A DNA stretch of 64,000 nucleotides from Patescibacteria group bacterium UBA6805. GTDB taxonomy: Bacteria; Patescibacteriota; Minisyncoccia; Minisyncoccales; Minisyncoccaceae. Shown here piece after piece: positions 45,269-54,190 of the stretch (position 1 is its first letter; every line of letters begins with the position of its first letter). The stretch lies in NCBI GenBank assembly GCA_002452735.1, contig DKFD01000011.1, positions 1 through 64,000 of the forward strand, given 5' to 3'. The notes under the pieces are model-generated. The model did not search any database, was not told the DNA's origin, and worked only from the letters and a program-made list of their open reading frames with translations. Position numbers and translations under genes: made by a program.

Positions 45269-47056
45269 TTATTTCACTATCCAGCCCGCAATCAAGCTTT
45301 CTGGGCAAGCATTGATGCTGGTCACCGGATCGGTGATGGTTACAAAAGAGATATCCGCTCTTTTGAATTTTTTAAGGCTGCTCTTGAGCTGTTCGGCCTG
45401 CTCCGGGTTGTCGCCGTGAGCGATAACAGCTCTGATTCTTTTTCCTCTTTTAATGTCTTTACTGGTGTGGCGGTCTATTTTTTTAAAGAGAATGTCGGCG
45501 AAATCCCTGGTCTTCACTTTTCCTCCGGGCGTCATTTTTCCGTCCTTCATCTGGGTTAAAAGAAACTCCTGGTTGTCTTTTTTTCTGAACCAGCGGCCGC
45601 TGAAAGAGTCTTTTTTCCACCAGCGGACGTTTTCCAAAACAGCGTAAACGTTGACCGTAGGCACGATGTTTTCCAGTCTTGATTTTATCTCCCCGAAGTC
45701 CCGGTGCTCTTTTATCAGTTCAATCGCTTCCAGGATTAACAGTGATTGTCCGGCGCTGATGTTTTTGGAATCAATCACCAAAACCTTCTCCCGTTCTTCC
45801 GGCAGCAGTAAGCCCTTTGCCTTAAGGGCGGAGCGGTAATTGTCCGAAAGCTTTGAGCTGGAAACGATGCATAAAACATGCTCGAAATCCCTTAATTGAT
45901 TTTTGTAGGCCTCAAGGAAAAAGTCGGGAGCAATCGATTCTATTTTTGGCTTTTGGGTCAGTCCCTGCTTCTTGGCTTCTTTGATTTTTTCGCAAATCGT
46001 GTTGCCGGCCAGGCTTTCCCCTCCGGGCCAACTGATTTTGAAGGGAACAACCTCAATGTTATAGTGATTGATTATTTTTGAAGTCAGGCCGGCTCTTTCA
46101 TCAACAACCAGGCCGATGGACACGCTCTCAATGGATTTTTCTCCAACAACCTCTCTGGCCATGTCTTGAATCTTAAGGTTTTCAATGTCCCCCAATTCTT
46201 TTACCGAGTCCCTTACTTCGTAAGGACTGTCAGTGTGAATGTGTATTTTGGTCCTGTCCCCTATCTGAATAATATCCAGACAGTCGCCCAAGTGTTTGAG
46301 CCTGTCTTTGATTTTTTTATCGGTCTCTTCAACGTTTTTTATCAAGGCCACCACCTCATAGCGGTTGGAGATTATTTGAATGAATCTTCTGGGCCTTGTT
46401 TTTTCTCTTTCCGAAGCGAATTCTTTGGGCGAAGAAAGGTCCCCCTGTTCTTTTAAAATGTCCAGATATGTTTCCAATATCATCAAAAAACCGAGGCCGC
46501 CCGCATCGACTACCCCGGCCTTTTTCAATAATTCCATTTTATTCGGGGTTTCTTTCAACGCTTCGTCGGCTTTTTCCAGGGATTTATAGAAGATTTTTAC
46601 AATGTCTTTTTCATTCTTTGATTCTTCCTCAAAAGTCAGGGCAAAGGCCTCAATAACATCCAAAATTGTTCCCTCCCTGGGATTCTGGATGGAATCTTTC
46701 GCTCTTTCCATGCCTTTGTTGAAAGCCGTGGCCATCTCTTCGGCGTTAACGGATTTTTCTTTGCCCAAAGCGGGGAAAAAACCGGCCAAGAAACCGGTAT
46801 AAATAATGCCGGCATTGCCCTGGGCGCCGGTCAAAGCTCCCTCCAAAACGCTGTTGGACAATTCTTCAATGGAGGAGAAATCTTTTTCTTCTATCTGTTC
46901 TTTAATGCCTTTGAGCGTGGCACTTAAGTTGTTGCCCGTGTCCTGGTCGGGCACGGGAAAAACGTTAATTTTGTTTATTTGTTCTTTGTCTCTCTCTATC
47001 CTTTCACAGGAAAAGAGTATCATTTTTTTCAGTTCGTTTTGGGTTACTTCTTGCAT
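45269..47056 (-). CDS. fakA: fatty acid kinase FakA-like (Dak2/DhaL N-domain + DegV-like C-domain)
   Basis: 595 aa; Dak2 motif 'PDQDTGNNLSATLKG', C-terminal DegV-like 'CIVSSSKLSDNYRSA'. Confidence 0.7.
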   Translation of the reverse strand: MQEVTQNELKKMILFSCERIERDKEQINKINVFPVPDQDTGNNLSATLKGIKEQIEEKDFSSIEELSNSVLEGALTGAQGNAGIIYTGFLAGFFPALGKEKSVNAEEMATAFNKGMERAKDSIQNPREGTILDVIEAFALTFEEESKNEKDIVKIFYKSLEKADEALKETPNKMELLKKAGVVDAGGLGFLMILETYLDILKEQGDLSSPKEFASEREKTRPRRFIQIISNRYEVVALIKNVEETDKKIKDRLKHLGDCLDIIQIGDRTKIHIHTDSPYEVRDSVKELGDIENLKIQDMAREVVGEKSIESVSIGLVVDERAGLTSKIINHYNIEVVPFKISWPGGESLAGNTICEKIKEAKKQGLTQKPKIESIAPDFFLEAYKNQLRDFEHVLCIVSSSKLSDNYRSALKAKGLLLPEEREKVLVIDSKNISAGQSLLILEAIELIKEHRDFGEIKSRLENIVPTVNVYAVLENVRWWKKDSFSGRWFRKKDNQEFLLTQMKDGKMTPGGKVKTRDFADILFKKIDRHTSKDIKRGKRIRAVIAHGDNPEQAEQLKSSLKKFKRADISFVTITDPVTSINACPESLIAGWIVK

Positions 47057-47096
47057 AAAGAAAAAAGAAATACGGGATATTTCTTTAATAACGTGT

Positions 47097-47747
47097 TTAT
47101 TTTATCTTTTTCTCCAAGCCGTCAAGGATTTTTTTGGCAAAATCTTTTCCTCCCAGACCGAAAGCCAGGCCAAAGACCAAGACAATGAAGGTCACGAATC
47201 CGATGAATATGGTCAAAATCAAATCAGGCACTATTTTTAACTGGTAAAGAATGGCCAGGCCGGCCAGAATCCAGGCCACTGAAGAAATAATGTCGCCCAA
47301 GATGCTCGAATATGCTATTTTCTCGTTTTCCAGACTGACCACCAGTATTTTTTTGGAAAAATCGGCTAAAAATACGGCAAAAATGAAGATGATTATGGCG
47401 ACAAAAATGTTGGGGAAATAATCAATGATTTTTTGGATAAAAGCGTTAAACTGCTCCAGTCCTATAATATCGAAAGAAATGGTCAGGAAAAGAAGCAGGA
47501 AGAATATGTTGACCAATTCGCTAAAGAATCCGGAAACGTTGATTTGGGCGTTGCGACGGGTGAAAAATTCTTCCCAACCCAATGATTTCAGCATCTGGTT
47601 CAGGCGGAATTTTTTTAAAAATTCATCTGCATATTCCTTAATTTTGTTTGCGACAAATACCCCGATAAAGAAAACTAAAAAAGCCCAAATCAGATTTGGC
47701 AGGTTAAGGATTACGTTTTCCATAAACACATTTAATATGTCCTGCAT
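47097..47747 (-). CDS. hypothetical polytopic membrane protein
   Basis: 216 aa; 4-5 TM helices, no catalytic motifs recognised. Confidence 0.35.
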   Translation of the reverse strand: MQDILNVFMENVILNLPNLIWAFLVFFIGVFVANKIKEYADEFLKKFRLNQMLKSLGWEEFFTRRNAQINVSGFFSELVNIFFLLLFLTISFDIIGLEQFNAFIQKIIDYFPNIFVAIIIFIFAVFLADFSKKILVVSLENEKIAYSSILGDIISSVAWILAGLAILYQLKIVPDLILTIFIGFVTFIVLVFGLAFGLGGKDFAKKILDGLEKKIK

Positions 47748-47782
47748 AATTTTATGCGTTATTCTTACGGATTCATTCTACC

Positions 47783-48343
47783 CTACCATTTGGCATTGTG
47801 CAAGCCCAAATTATACCCAATTCGGTTGAATAAAATATGAGTAAAAAATGTCAAGACAAAAAGCCAAAACCAGAACTTAATTTCAAGATGAAACAAGGGC
47901 TGAAGAATTATAAAGCTGCCTATCACATAGTTTGTCTGGTCAAAAGGAATGAATTTTGCACCGGACTTGAGTTTTAGTCGTCTTTTAATAAAAGCAAAGG
48001 ACAAATCACCAAAAACAATGCCAATTGATAGTAAAAATCCCAATATAAAGCCGTTTATTTGGTTATATGCATAAAAACCAATAGTTTCATAGTGCGTAAG
48101 GCCGAGAAAATTATGTACCCAGATGAATGCAGGCATTAACGAGGTGCAGACAATGATTTCAGAAATAACGCCTCGCCAGGTTTTATGGTCTCCAAGCACG
48201 GGATCGTTGTTCAATTTCGCTCCCCCGTCAACCGGACCTGCCAGTCCTTTAAGTATTTTTATTTTGTACGCCAAAGGTGGCGAAGCATTGGCAAAGTATG
48301 CCGGTCCAAAGAAAAACATGCAGGATAATAGATAATAAAACAT
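47783..48343 (-). CDS. CarS-like (DUF46) CDP-alcohol/CDP-archaeol synthase-family CTP-transferase
   Basis: 186 aa; 'GPVDGGAKLNNDPVLGDHKTWRG' matches the P-x-D-x-G...G-x-x-KTW-R-G signature of the CarS/DUF46 family; multi-TM. Confidence 0.5.
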   Translation of the reverse strand: MFYYLLSCMFFFGPAYFANASPPLAYKIKILKGLAGPVDGGAKLNNDPVLGDHKTWRGVISEIIVCTSLMPAFIWVHNFLGLTHYETIGFYAYNQINGFILGFLLSIGIVFGDLSFAFIKRRLKLKSGAKFIPFDQTNYVIGSFIILQPLFHLEIKFWFWLFVLTFFTHILFNRIGYNLGLHNAKW

Positions 48344-48347
48344 TGTT

Positions 48348-48947
48348 TTATTTTATTATTCTGGACTCAGTGCCCTGCCGCAGCCTTTTGATATTTTCTC
48401 TGTGCGTCCACCATATTAATAATATATAGACAAAAGCAAGAACAACATAAGCAGAAGATTTTGTTTCTATCCAGAACAATATGGGCAGAAACAAGGCAAT
48501 GATTAAATTGGTTAAACTCATTATTTTTATAACAAACAAGGAAAGAGCCCAAATAGTTAGGAATATCAAAGAGTAATTTAGTCCTAAAATCATGAAAATC
48601 GTGGCAGCCACGGTAGCCACGCCTTTTCCTCCCTTAAACTTGAGCCAAATCGGGAATATATGGCCAAGCACGGGAGAAATGGATACCAAGGCCATTTGCC
48701 AGTCCTGGGTTAGATAGTGGCCAGCCACATATATTGGTATAATGGCTTTAAGTATATCAAGAACACTGACCAGAGTCCCGTATTTGAAGCCAAGGGTTCT
48801 GCCAACGTTTGTTCCGCCAATATTGCCACTCCCCTGTTTTCTGATGTCGATTTTTTTAAGCTTGGCAATCAAATAGCCAAAAGGTATTGAGCCTGATAAA
48901 TATCCTATAATAACGAAGAAGATTAATAAAATTGTTTGATTTTCCAT
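48348..48947 (-). CDS. plsY: PlsY-family glycerol-3-phosphate acyltransferase (paralogue 3, most canonical)
   Basis: 199 aa; 'GYLSGSIPFGYLIAKL', 'GSGNIGGTNVGR'. Confidence 0.8.
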   Translation of the reverse strand: MENQTILLIFFVIIGYLSGSIPFGYLIAKLKKIDIRKQGSGNIGGTNVGRTLGFKYGTLVSVLDILKAIIPIYVAGHYLTQDWQMALVSISPVLGHIFPIWLKFKGGKGVATVAATIFMILGLNYSLIFLTIWALSLFVIKIMSLTNLIIALFLPILFWIETKSSAYVVLAFVYILLIWWTHRENIKRLRQGTESRIIK

Positions 48948-48971
48948 GTTTTTATGATTATTCTTATACTG

Positions 48972-49042
48972 TGGGCTTGATGAGAGTCGAACTCATATTG
49001 CTACTGTGTGAAAGTAGTATTCTGCCGCTGAATTACAAGCCC
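48972..49042 (-). tRNA. tRNA-Val (anticodon CAC)
   Basis: manual fold: acceptor GGGCTTG/CAAGCCC, D-stem ATTC/GAAT, anticodon stem CTACT/AGTAG with loop TTCACAC, T-stem ATGAG/CTCAT; no CCA. Confidence 0.7.
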
Positions 49043-49047
49043 AGGGT

Positions 49048-49061
49048 GTTTCACGTGAAAC
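49048..49061. promoter_or_regulatory. 14-bp perfect palindrome GTTTCACGTGAAAC 5 nt upstream of the tRNA-Val 5' end (copy 1)
   Basis: identical element with identical flanks (CCCAGG..TGTTTCACGTGAAACTTT) precedes tRNA-Ala at 49302-49315. Confidence 0.4.
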
Positions 49062-49146
49062 TTTTGTCGGGATGCTGGGAATTGAACCCAGATGACAGAC
49101 TCCCGAAGCCTGCATAATGCCGTTATATTACATCCCGAAATTATTT

Positions 49147-49222
49147 GGCCGGATTCGTGTCCGGATTCGTGTCCGCATTGGCCGGATTCGTGTCCGCATT
49201 CGGATTCCGGCCAATGCGGACA
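49147..49222. repeat. GC-rich composite repeat: three direct GGATTCGTGTCCG(CATT) units plus inverted repeat GTCCGCATTGGCCGG/CCGGCCAATGCGGAC in the tRNA-Ala/tRNA-Val spacer
   Basis: seen in sequence; strongly GC-shifted relative to its surroundings; can form a 15-bp stem. Confidence 0.6.
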
Positions 49223-49226
49223 TTTG

Positions 49227-49297
49227 TGGACCTGACGAGAATCGAACTCATATCTCTACTATGCGAAAGTAGTGTTCTGCCATTAAACTACAGGCCC
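49227..49297 (-). tRNA. tRNA-Ala (anticodon CGC)
   Basis: manual fold: acceptor GGGCCTG/CAGGTCC with G3:U70 alanine identity pair, anticodon stem CTACT/AGTAG with loop TTCGCAT, T-loop TTCGATT; no CCA. Confidence 0.7.
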
Positions 49298-49301
49298 AGG
49301 T

Positions 49302-49315
49302 GTTTCACGTGAAAC
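49302..49315. promoter_or_regulatory. 14-bp perfect palindrome GTTTCACGTGAAAC upstream of tRNA-Ala (copy 2)
   Basis: see copy 1; it lies between the cca stop (49317) and the tRNA. Confidence 0.4.
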
Positions 49316-49316
49316 T

Positions 49317-50807
49317 TTACGTAACCCAATACCTTTCTTTTGTCATTTGGTCTTGTTTTACCTCAATCTTGTCAATTTCCTTTTTTGCTTTATGGGTTAA
49401 TTTAATTAATTCCTCGTTGTTTAGTCTGCTTAATTCCAGCAGCTTTTCAGTCAAATACTTTTTCGTATTGTTCTTCGGGTCTTTTAGCACTTCTTCAAGC
49501 AGGATGTCAAGAAATTGGCCGATTTTGGGCCCAGGCTCTGTTTTCAGTATCTGCATAATGTCATTACCGTTGATTTTAAGCATTTTGACCGAAATCGGGT
49601 CCTTGGAAACCTTTTCAATCATGTATTTAAGGTGTCTAAGCTTGTATGGTTCTGCTTTTGGGCAGCCTGATCCAATTCTGTCTGCCATTCTCAATTGCAG
49701 CAAATCTTCCATGTTTTCAGTGCCGGCTTTTCTAATCAGCCTCCTAACAGAAGATTCTCCCACTTCATCAACATTATAGTAAAATAAATGGTATCTTACC
49801 AGGTTTACTATTTTATCAACGTCTTTTTTAGGGAATTTCAAGCGATTAAGCATTTTTTCAGCCATTTTTGCCCCAACTATTTCATGATTGTAAAAAGTGG
49901 CGTTTTCGCCTGCTCCTTTCTTGGTTGTTGGTTTTCCGACGTCATGAAGCAAGGCAGCCATTTTTATGTGGAAATTAAGGTCTTTTTTAGCCGTATAATT
50001 CAGGCATTCCAAATTGTGCTTGTAGCAATCATATATGTGGTGTTTGTTTTGTTTTACGCCGAATCCTTTTTCCAGTTCAGGCATAATATGGTTTAAAAGT
50101 CCTGTTTTCCTCAAAGTTTCAATGCCTTGAGCCGCGTTTTCGCTCATGATTATCTTTGTTAATTCATCCCTGATTCTTTCTTTTGACGATTTTTCCAACA
50201 AATGACTGTATTTGATTATGGCTTTTTCAGTATTTTCCTCTATTTTCCAGCCCTTTCCCAAAGTATTCTCAAAACGGACAGCCCTCATCATTCTAAGAAA
50301 GTCCTCTGAAAATCTTTCTTCTGGTTTTCCAACCGTTCTGATAATCCTGTTTTTAATGTCTGCCAGGCCGTTAAACAAATCGATTATCTCAAACTTGTCC
50401 TTGCTTATTGGACTGATGGCAATGGCATTAATGGTAAAATCCCTTCTCTTCAAGTCCTCCTCAATATGCTTGGACCAGACAACTTTGTCCGGGTGGCGAT
50501 AGTCGGAATAGGTTGATTCTGAGCGGTAAGTAGTTATCTCCACTATATTATTTTTGGGAAAAACGACGCCCACGGTGCCAAAGTCGTTTTCATAGAAGGT
50601 TTTAACGTTTTGTTCTTTGAAAACAGCCTGGGTTTGTTCGGGCCTGGCATCGGTGGCAATGTCCCAATCAGAGGGTTCTTTTCCCATGAACAAATCTCTG
50701 GTGCAGCCGCCGACAATGTAGGCCTCGAATCCTTTTTCCTTGATTTTTTTCAGGGCGAAAAGAGCGTATTTCGGGATGACGAATTTCAGCTTTTTTGTTT
50801 GTTTCAT
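49317..50807 (-). CDS. cca: CCA-adding tRNA nucleotidyltransferase with HD domain
   Basis: 496 aa; polymerase-beta-type head 'GGCTRDLFMG...DWDIAT', HD motif 'LLHDVGK'. Confidence 0.85.
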   Translation of the reverse strand: MKQTKKLKFVIPKYALFALKKIKEKGFEAYIVGGCTRDLFMGKEPSDWDIATDARPEQTQAVFKEQNVKTFYENDFGTVGVVFPKNNIVEITTYRSESTYSDYRHPDKVVWSKHIEEDLKRRDFTINAIAISPISKDKFEIIDLFNGLADIKNRIIRTVGKPEERFSEDFLRMMRAVRFENTLGKGWKIEENTEKAIIKYSHLLEKSSKERIRDELTKIIMSENAAQGIETLRKTGLLNHIMPELEKGFGVKQNKHHIYDCYKHNLECLNYTAKKDLNFHIKMAALLHDVGKPTTKKGAGENATFYNHEIVGAKMAEKMLNRLKFPKKDVDKIVNLVRYHLFYYNVDEVGESSVRRLIRKAGTENMEDLLQLRMADRIGSGCPKAEPYKLRHLKYMIEKVSKDPISVKMLKINGNDIMQILKTEPGPKIGQFLDILLEEVLKDPKNNTKKYLTEKLLELSRLNNEELIKLTHKAKKEIDKIEVKQDQMTKERYWVT

Positions 50808-50943
50808 TTTCTCCTGTATTTTATCTTAAAATCGCTCTCTTGACAACTCCTCTTATTGGGAATAGAATGAAAACACAAAGGTATGATTTCAAAAATGTCG
50901 GATTGATTCCGACTTTTTTATAACAATTTTAATAAAAAAATTT

Positions 50944-52161
50944 ATGGACATGCAAGGATTTTTATCAGCCATCAGCCAGTTGGCAGAGGAAAAAGGTCTT
51001 TCCCGGGAAAAGGTTTTTGAAACCGTGGAGCACGCGCTGGCTTCGGCCTACAAAAAAGAATACGGCAAAAGGGGACAGATTATCAAGGCAAAAATAAATC
51101 CCAAAACAGGGGAGACGGATTTTTGGAGGGAGAAAATAGTGGTTGACGACGCCACGGTCTACATTCCCGAAAATACGGAAAATGAAGAGGAGGAAGAGCT
51201 AGAAATCAAGCAAAGCTATCGTCCCATGGAAGACGAGCTGAATGTGGAAGAGGGCGTCGAAGAAGAAGGGGCGAGAAGGATTAAATACAATCCGGAAAGG
51301 CATGTTTTAATCGAGGAAATCAAGAAGACCAATCCCGAATTGGAGCCCGGACAGGAATTGATAATCCCCTTGGAGCAGAAAGAGGGATTCGGCAGGATTG
51401 CCGCTCAGACCGCCAAGCAGGTTGTTCTGCAGAAAATCAGGGAGGCGGAAAAAGAAACGATTCTGGCGGAATACAAATCAAAAGAAGGGGAGATTGTTTC
51501 AGGAATCGTTCAGAGAATCGAAGGCGTAAACGTTTATTTTGATATTGGCAAGAGTTTGGGAATATTGCCCAAGGAAGAACAAATCAGGGGCGAGTTTTAC
51601 AAGGAAGGACAGAGGCTGAAGCTCTATGTTTTAAAGGTTGATACCACGCCCAAGGGTCCGATTATCATTCTTTCCCGGGCTTATCCCAAATTAATATCCA
51701 AGCTTTTTGAATTGGAGGTTCCGGAAATCGGCTCTGGCCAGATAGAAATCAAATCAATTGCCAGAGAGCCGGGCTCAAGAACCAAAATAGCCGCTGTTTC
51801 TTTGGCCGAGGGCGTTGACCCTATCGGAGCCATGGTGGGGCAGAGGGGAGTGAGGGTGGCGGCGGTGATTTCCGAGTTGGGCGGTGAAAAAATCGATGTT
51901 ATTGAATATTCTGACGACCCGGTAAAATACATTACCAATTCATTGTCTCCAGCCAGAGTGATAGAAGTCAAGATAATGCCCAAGAATACAGCCCTGGTTA
52001 TTGTTCCGTCCGACCAATTGTCTTTGGCAATCGGCAAAGAAGGGCAGAATGTAAGATTGTCAGCCAAGCTGACCGGCTGGAAAATAGACGTTAAGAGCGA
52101 CGAACAGATAAAAGAAGATGACGAAGAGCTGAATATTGAGGAAGAAGATGATAAAGAATAA
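50944..52161 (+). CDS. nusA: transcription termination/antitermination factor NusA
   Basis: 405 aa; NusA N-domain, S1 and two KH domains; acidic insertion and acidic C-terminal tail. Confidence 0.9.
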   Translation: MDMQGFLSAISQLAEEKGLSREKVFETVEHALASAYKKEYGKRGQIIKAKINPKTGETDFWREKIVVDDATVYIPENTENEEEEELEIKQSYRPMEDELNVEEGVEEEGARRIKYNPERHVLIEEIKKTNPELEPGQELIIPLEQKEGFGRIAAQTAKQVVLQKIREAEKETILAEYKSKEGEIVSGIVQRIEGVNVYFDIGKSLGILPKEEQIRGEFYKEGQRLKLYVLKVDTTPKGPIIILSRAYPKLISKLFELEVPEIGSGQIEIKSIAREPGSRTKIAAVSLAEGVDPIGAMVGQRGVRVAAVISELGGEKIDVIEYSDDPVKYITNSLSPARVIEVKIMPKNTALVIVPSDQLSLAIGKEGQNVRLSAKLTGWKIDVKSDEQIKEDDEELNIEEEDDKE

Positions 52162-52168
52162 ACACAAC

Positions 52169-53377
52169 ATGAAAAGCGAGATAAAAGATATTTCTCCAAC
52201 AAGAAAAAGCATTGAAATAGAAATTCCTGCCGAAGAATTTGATTCTTTTTTCAACCAGGCCCTGAAAGAACTGATTAAAGAAATGGAATTGCCCGGGTTT
52301 AGGAAAGGCATGGTTCCGGAATCAATTGCCAGGGAAAAAATCAGCGAAAACCACGTTTTGTCCCATGCTTCTGAAATGGCCATCAAACAGGGCTGGACTG
52401 ATTTTCTCAAACAAACAGACTTGGAAGTCGTATCCCAGCCCATAATAAATATTCTCAAGATGGCCAAGGGAAATCCGTTTGTTTTTTCAGCCGAAACGGA
52501 TGTTTTAAAGGAAATCAAGCTGTCCGACATCGGGGCTATTGCCAAGAGTATTAAAAAAGAAGAAATAAGCGTGGAAGCAAAAGACATTGACGAAGCCATT
52601 CTCTGGCTCCAACAATCAAGAGCCAAGCTGGAAGACAAGGAAGGGGCGGCCGAGAAAGGGGATTTTGCGGAAATAACCCTGGACAATAAAAGCAAGGACG
52701 GATTTATTCTGGGCAAAGGACACCACATTAAAAACCTGGAAGAGAATTTGCTGGGAATGGAGAAAAACCAGGAAAAGGAGCTTGATTCAGAGGGAGGCAA
52801 GATTAAAGTAAGGCTGGATTCCTTGAAAAAAGTCCAATTGCCGGAAATTAACGACGAGTGGGCAAAGACCCTGGGCGACTTCAAAGATCTTGAGGATTTG
52901 CGCAAGAGCGCCGAGCAAGGAATAAGGCAGGAAAAAGATATTGCTTTAAGGCAAAAGAAAAGAATTGAGTTTTTGGAAAAGATTGGGGCCAAAACAAAGG
53001 TTGAAATACCGGAAACATTGATTAAAAAAGAGGTTGAAGGCATGATGGACAACCTTAAAGCCAGGGTAAGCAGGGAACTGGGCATTGGTTTTGAAGATTA
53101 TCTGGCCCAAGTAAAGAAAAACAAAGACCATATTGGCAAGGAATTTGAGAAAATGGCCGAAGAAAGGATAAGGAACTTCCTGATTATAAGGCAAATCATA
53201 AAAGATGAGAAAATAGAGGCTGCGGAAGAGGAAATAAACCAAAGAATCGAGGAAATGCTTAAGGATTATCCCGATTCCGAGCAAGCCGGCAAGGAAATTG
53301 ACTTAAATAAAATTAGACTATATATTGAAGACGAGATTAAAACCGAGAAAGCTTTTAATCTCTTCGGTCTTAATTAA
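52169..53377 (+). CDS. tig: trigger factor
   Basis: ORF 52136-53377; likely start 'MKSEIKDISPTRKSIEIEIP'; ribosome-binding 'GFRKGMVP' motif. Confidence 0.85.
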   Translation: MKSEIKDISPTRKSIEIEIPAEEFDSFFNQALKELIKEMELPGFRKGMVPESIAREKISENHVLSHASEMAIKQGWTDFLKQTDLEVVSQPIINILKMAKGNPFVFSAETDVLKEIKLSDIGAIAKSIKKEEISVEAKDIDEAILWLQQSRAKLEDKEGAAEKGDFAEITLDNKSKDGFILGKGHHIKNLEENLLGMEKNQEKELDSEGGKIKVRLDSLKKVQLPEINDEWAKTLGDFKDLEDLRKSAEQGIRQEKDIALRQKKRIEFLEKIGAKTKVEIPETLIKKEVEGMMDNLKARVSRELGIGFEDYLAQVKKNKDHIGKEFEKMAEERIRNFLIIRQIIKDEKIEAAEEEINQRIEEMLKDYPDSEQAGKEIDLNKIRLYIEDEIKTEKAFNLFGLN

Positions 53378-53391
53378 TAATTTAAAAAAAC

Positions 53392-53976
53392 ATGAACCTG
53401 ATACCAACGGTAATCGAGAAGTCGCAACACGGGGAAAGAGCTTACGACATTTATTCCAGGCTTTTAAAAGAGAGGATTATCCTTTTGGCCGGGGTTTTTG
53501 ACGACAACATAGCCAATTCCATAGTGGCTCAGCTCCTGTTTCTGTCTTCAAAAGACCCGAAAAAGGATATTCAGCTGTATATTAACAGCCCGGGAGGGTC
53601 GGTTACGGCCGGTTTGGCGATTTACGACACCATGCAGTACATAAAACCGGACGTTTCCACTGTTTCCATAGGCATGTCTGCTTCAATGGGCGCTCTGATA
53701 CTGGCTGCCGGAGCCAAAGGCAAGCGATATTCTTTGCCCAATTCCGAGATTTTACTCCACCAGGTGGCCGGAGGAGCAAGGGGGCAGGCAACGGAAATAG
53801 AGATTACGGCCAAGCAGATACTGAAAATCAAAGAAACTCTCAATAAAATACTGGCTAAGCATACCGGCCAGCCGTTATCCAAAATTTCCAAAGACACGGA
53901 TAGGGATTTTTATCTCACTGCCCAGGAAGCGAAGGAATACGGAATCATCGACGAGGTGTTCGGAGGGAAAAAATAG
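53392..53976 (+). CDS. clpP: ATP-dependent Clp protease proteolytic subunit
   Basis: 194 aa; catalytic Ser context '[11 protein letters not shown]', His 'LLHQVAGG', Asp 'DTDRDFYL'. Confidence 0.9.
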   Translation: MNLIPTVIEKSQHGERAYDIYSRLLKERIILLAGVFDDNIANSIVAQLLFLSSKDPKKDIQLYINSPGGSVTAGLAIYDTMQYIKPDVSTVSIGMSASMGALILAAGAKGKRYSLPNSEILLHQVAGGARGQATEIEITAKQILKIKETLNKILAKHTGQPLSKISKDTDRDFYLTAQEAKEYGIIDEVFGGKK

Positions 53977-53995
53977 GGGACAGCCCCTGTTTTTT
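53976..53995 (+). terminator. rho-independent terminator after clpP (GGGG-ACAG-CCCC + TGTTTTTT)
   Basis: hairpin followed by a T-tract, read from the sequence. Confidence 0.6.
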
Positions 53996-53996
53996 C

Positions 53997-54026
53997 TTGA
54001 CAAGAAATTAGGCCATAGAGTATAAT
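53997..54026 (+). promoter_or_regulatory. sigma70-like promoter TTGACA-18-TATAAT driving the Kelch/FISUMP gene through an approximately 160-nt AT-rich leader
   Basis: consensus hexamers at 53997-54002 and 54021-54026. Confidence 0.55.
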
Positions 54027-54190
54027 GGATTAAAGTTAATCATAAAAGGTGAAGTGTTTATGAAAAAACTTTTTATTTGTAGGAATTTTTCCGATTGTTT
54101 AATTATAAATTTTTTAATTAATAAAAGATATTCTTTAGCATGTGCTAAAGAATTTTTAATAAATAAAAATATAATAAAAAAATAAATAAT

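Noticed and set aside
49147-49222. Possible CRISPR array
   Set aside because: It has only three overlapping direct repeats of about 13-17 nt with no unique spacers, and no cas genes are in the window. It is better explained as a structured spacer or MITE-like repeat.
52060-53085. 341-aa minus-strand ORF
   Set aside because: It is antisense to the well-supported trigger factor gene and to the nusA 3' end, with a Ser/Leu-rich low-complexity translation.
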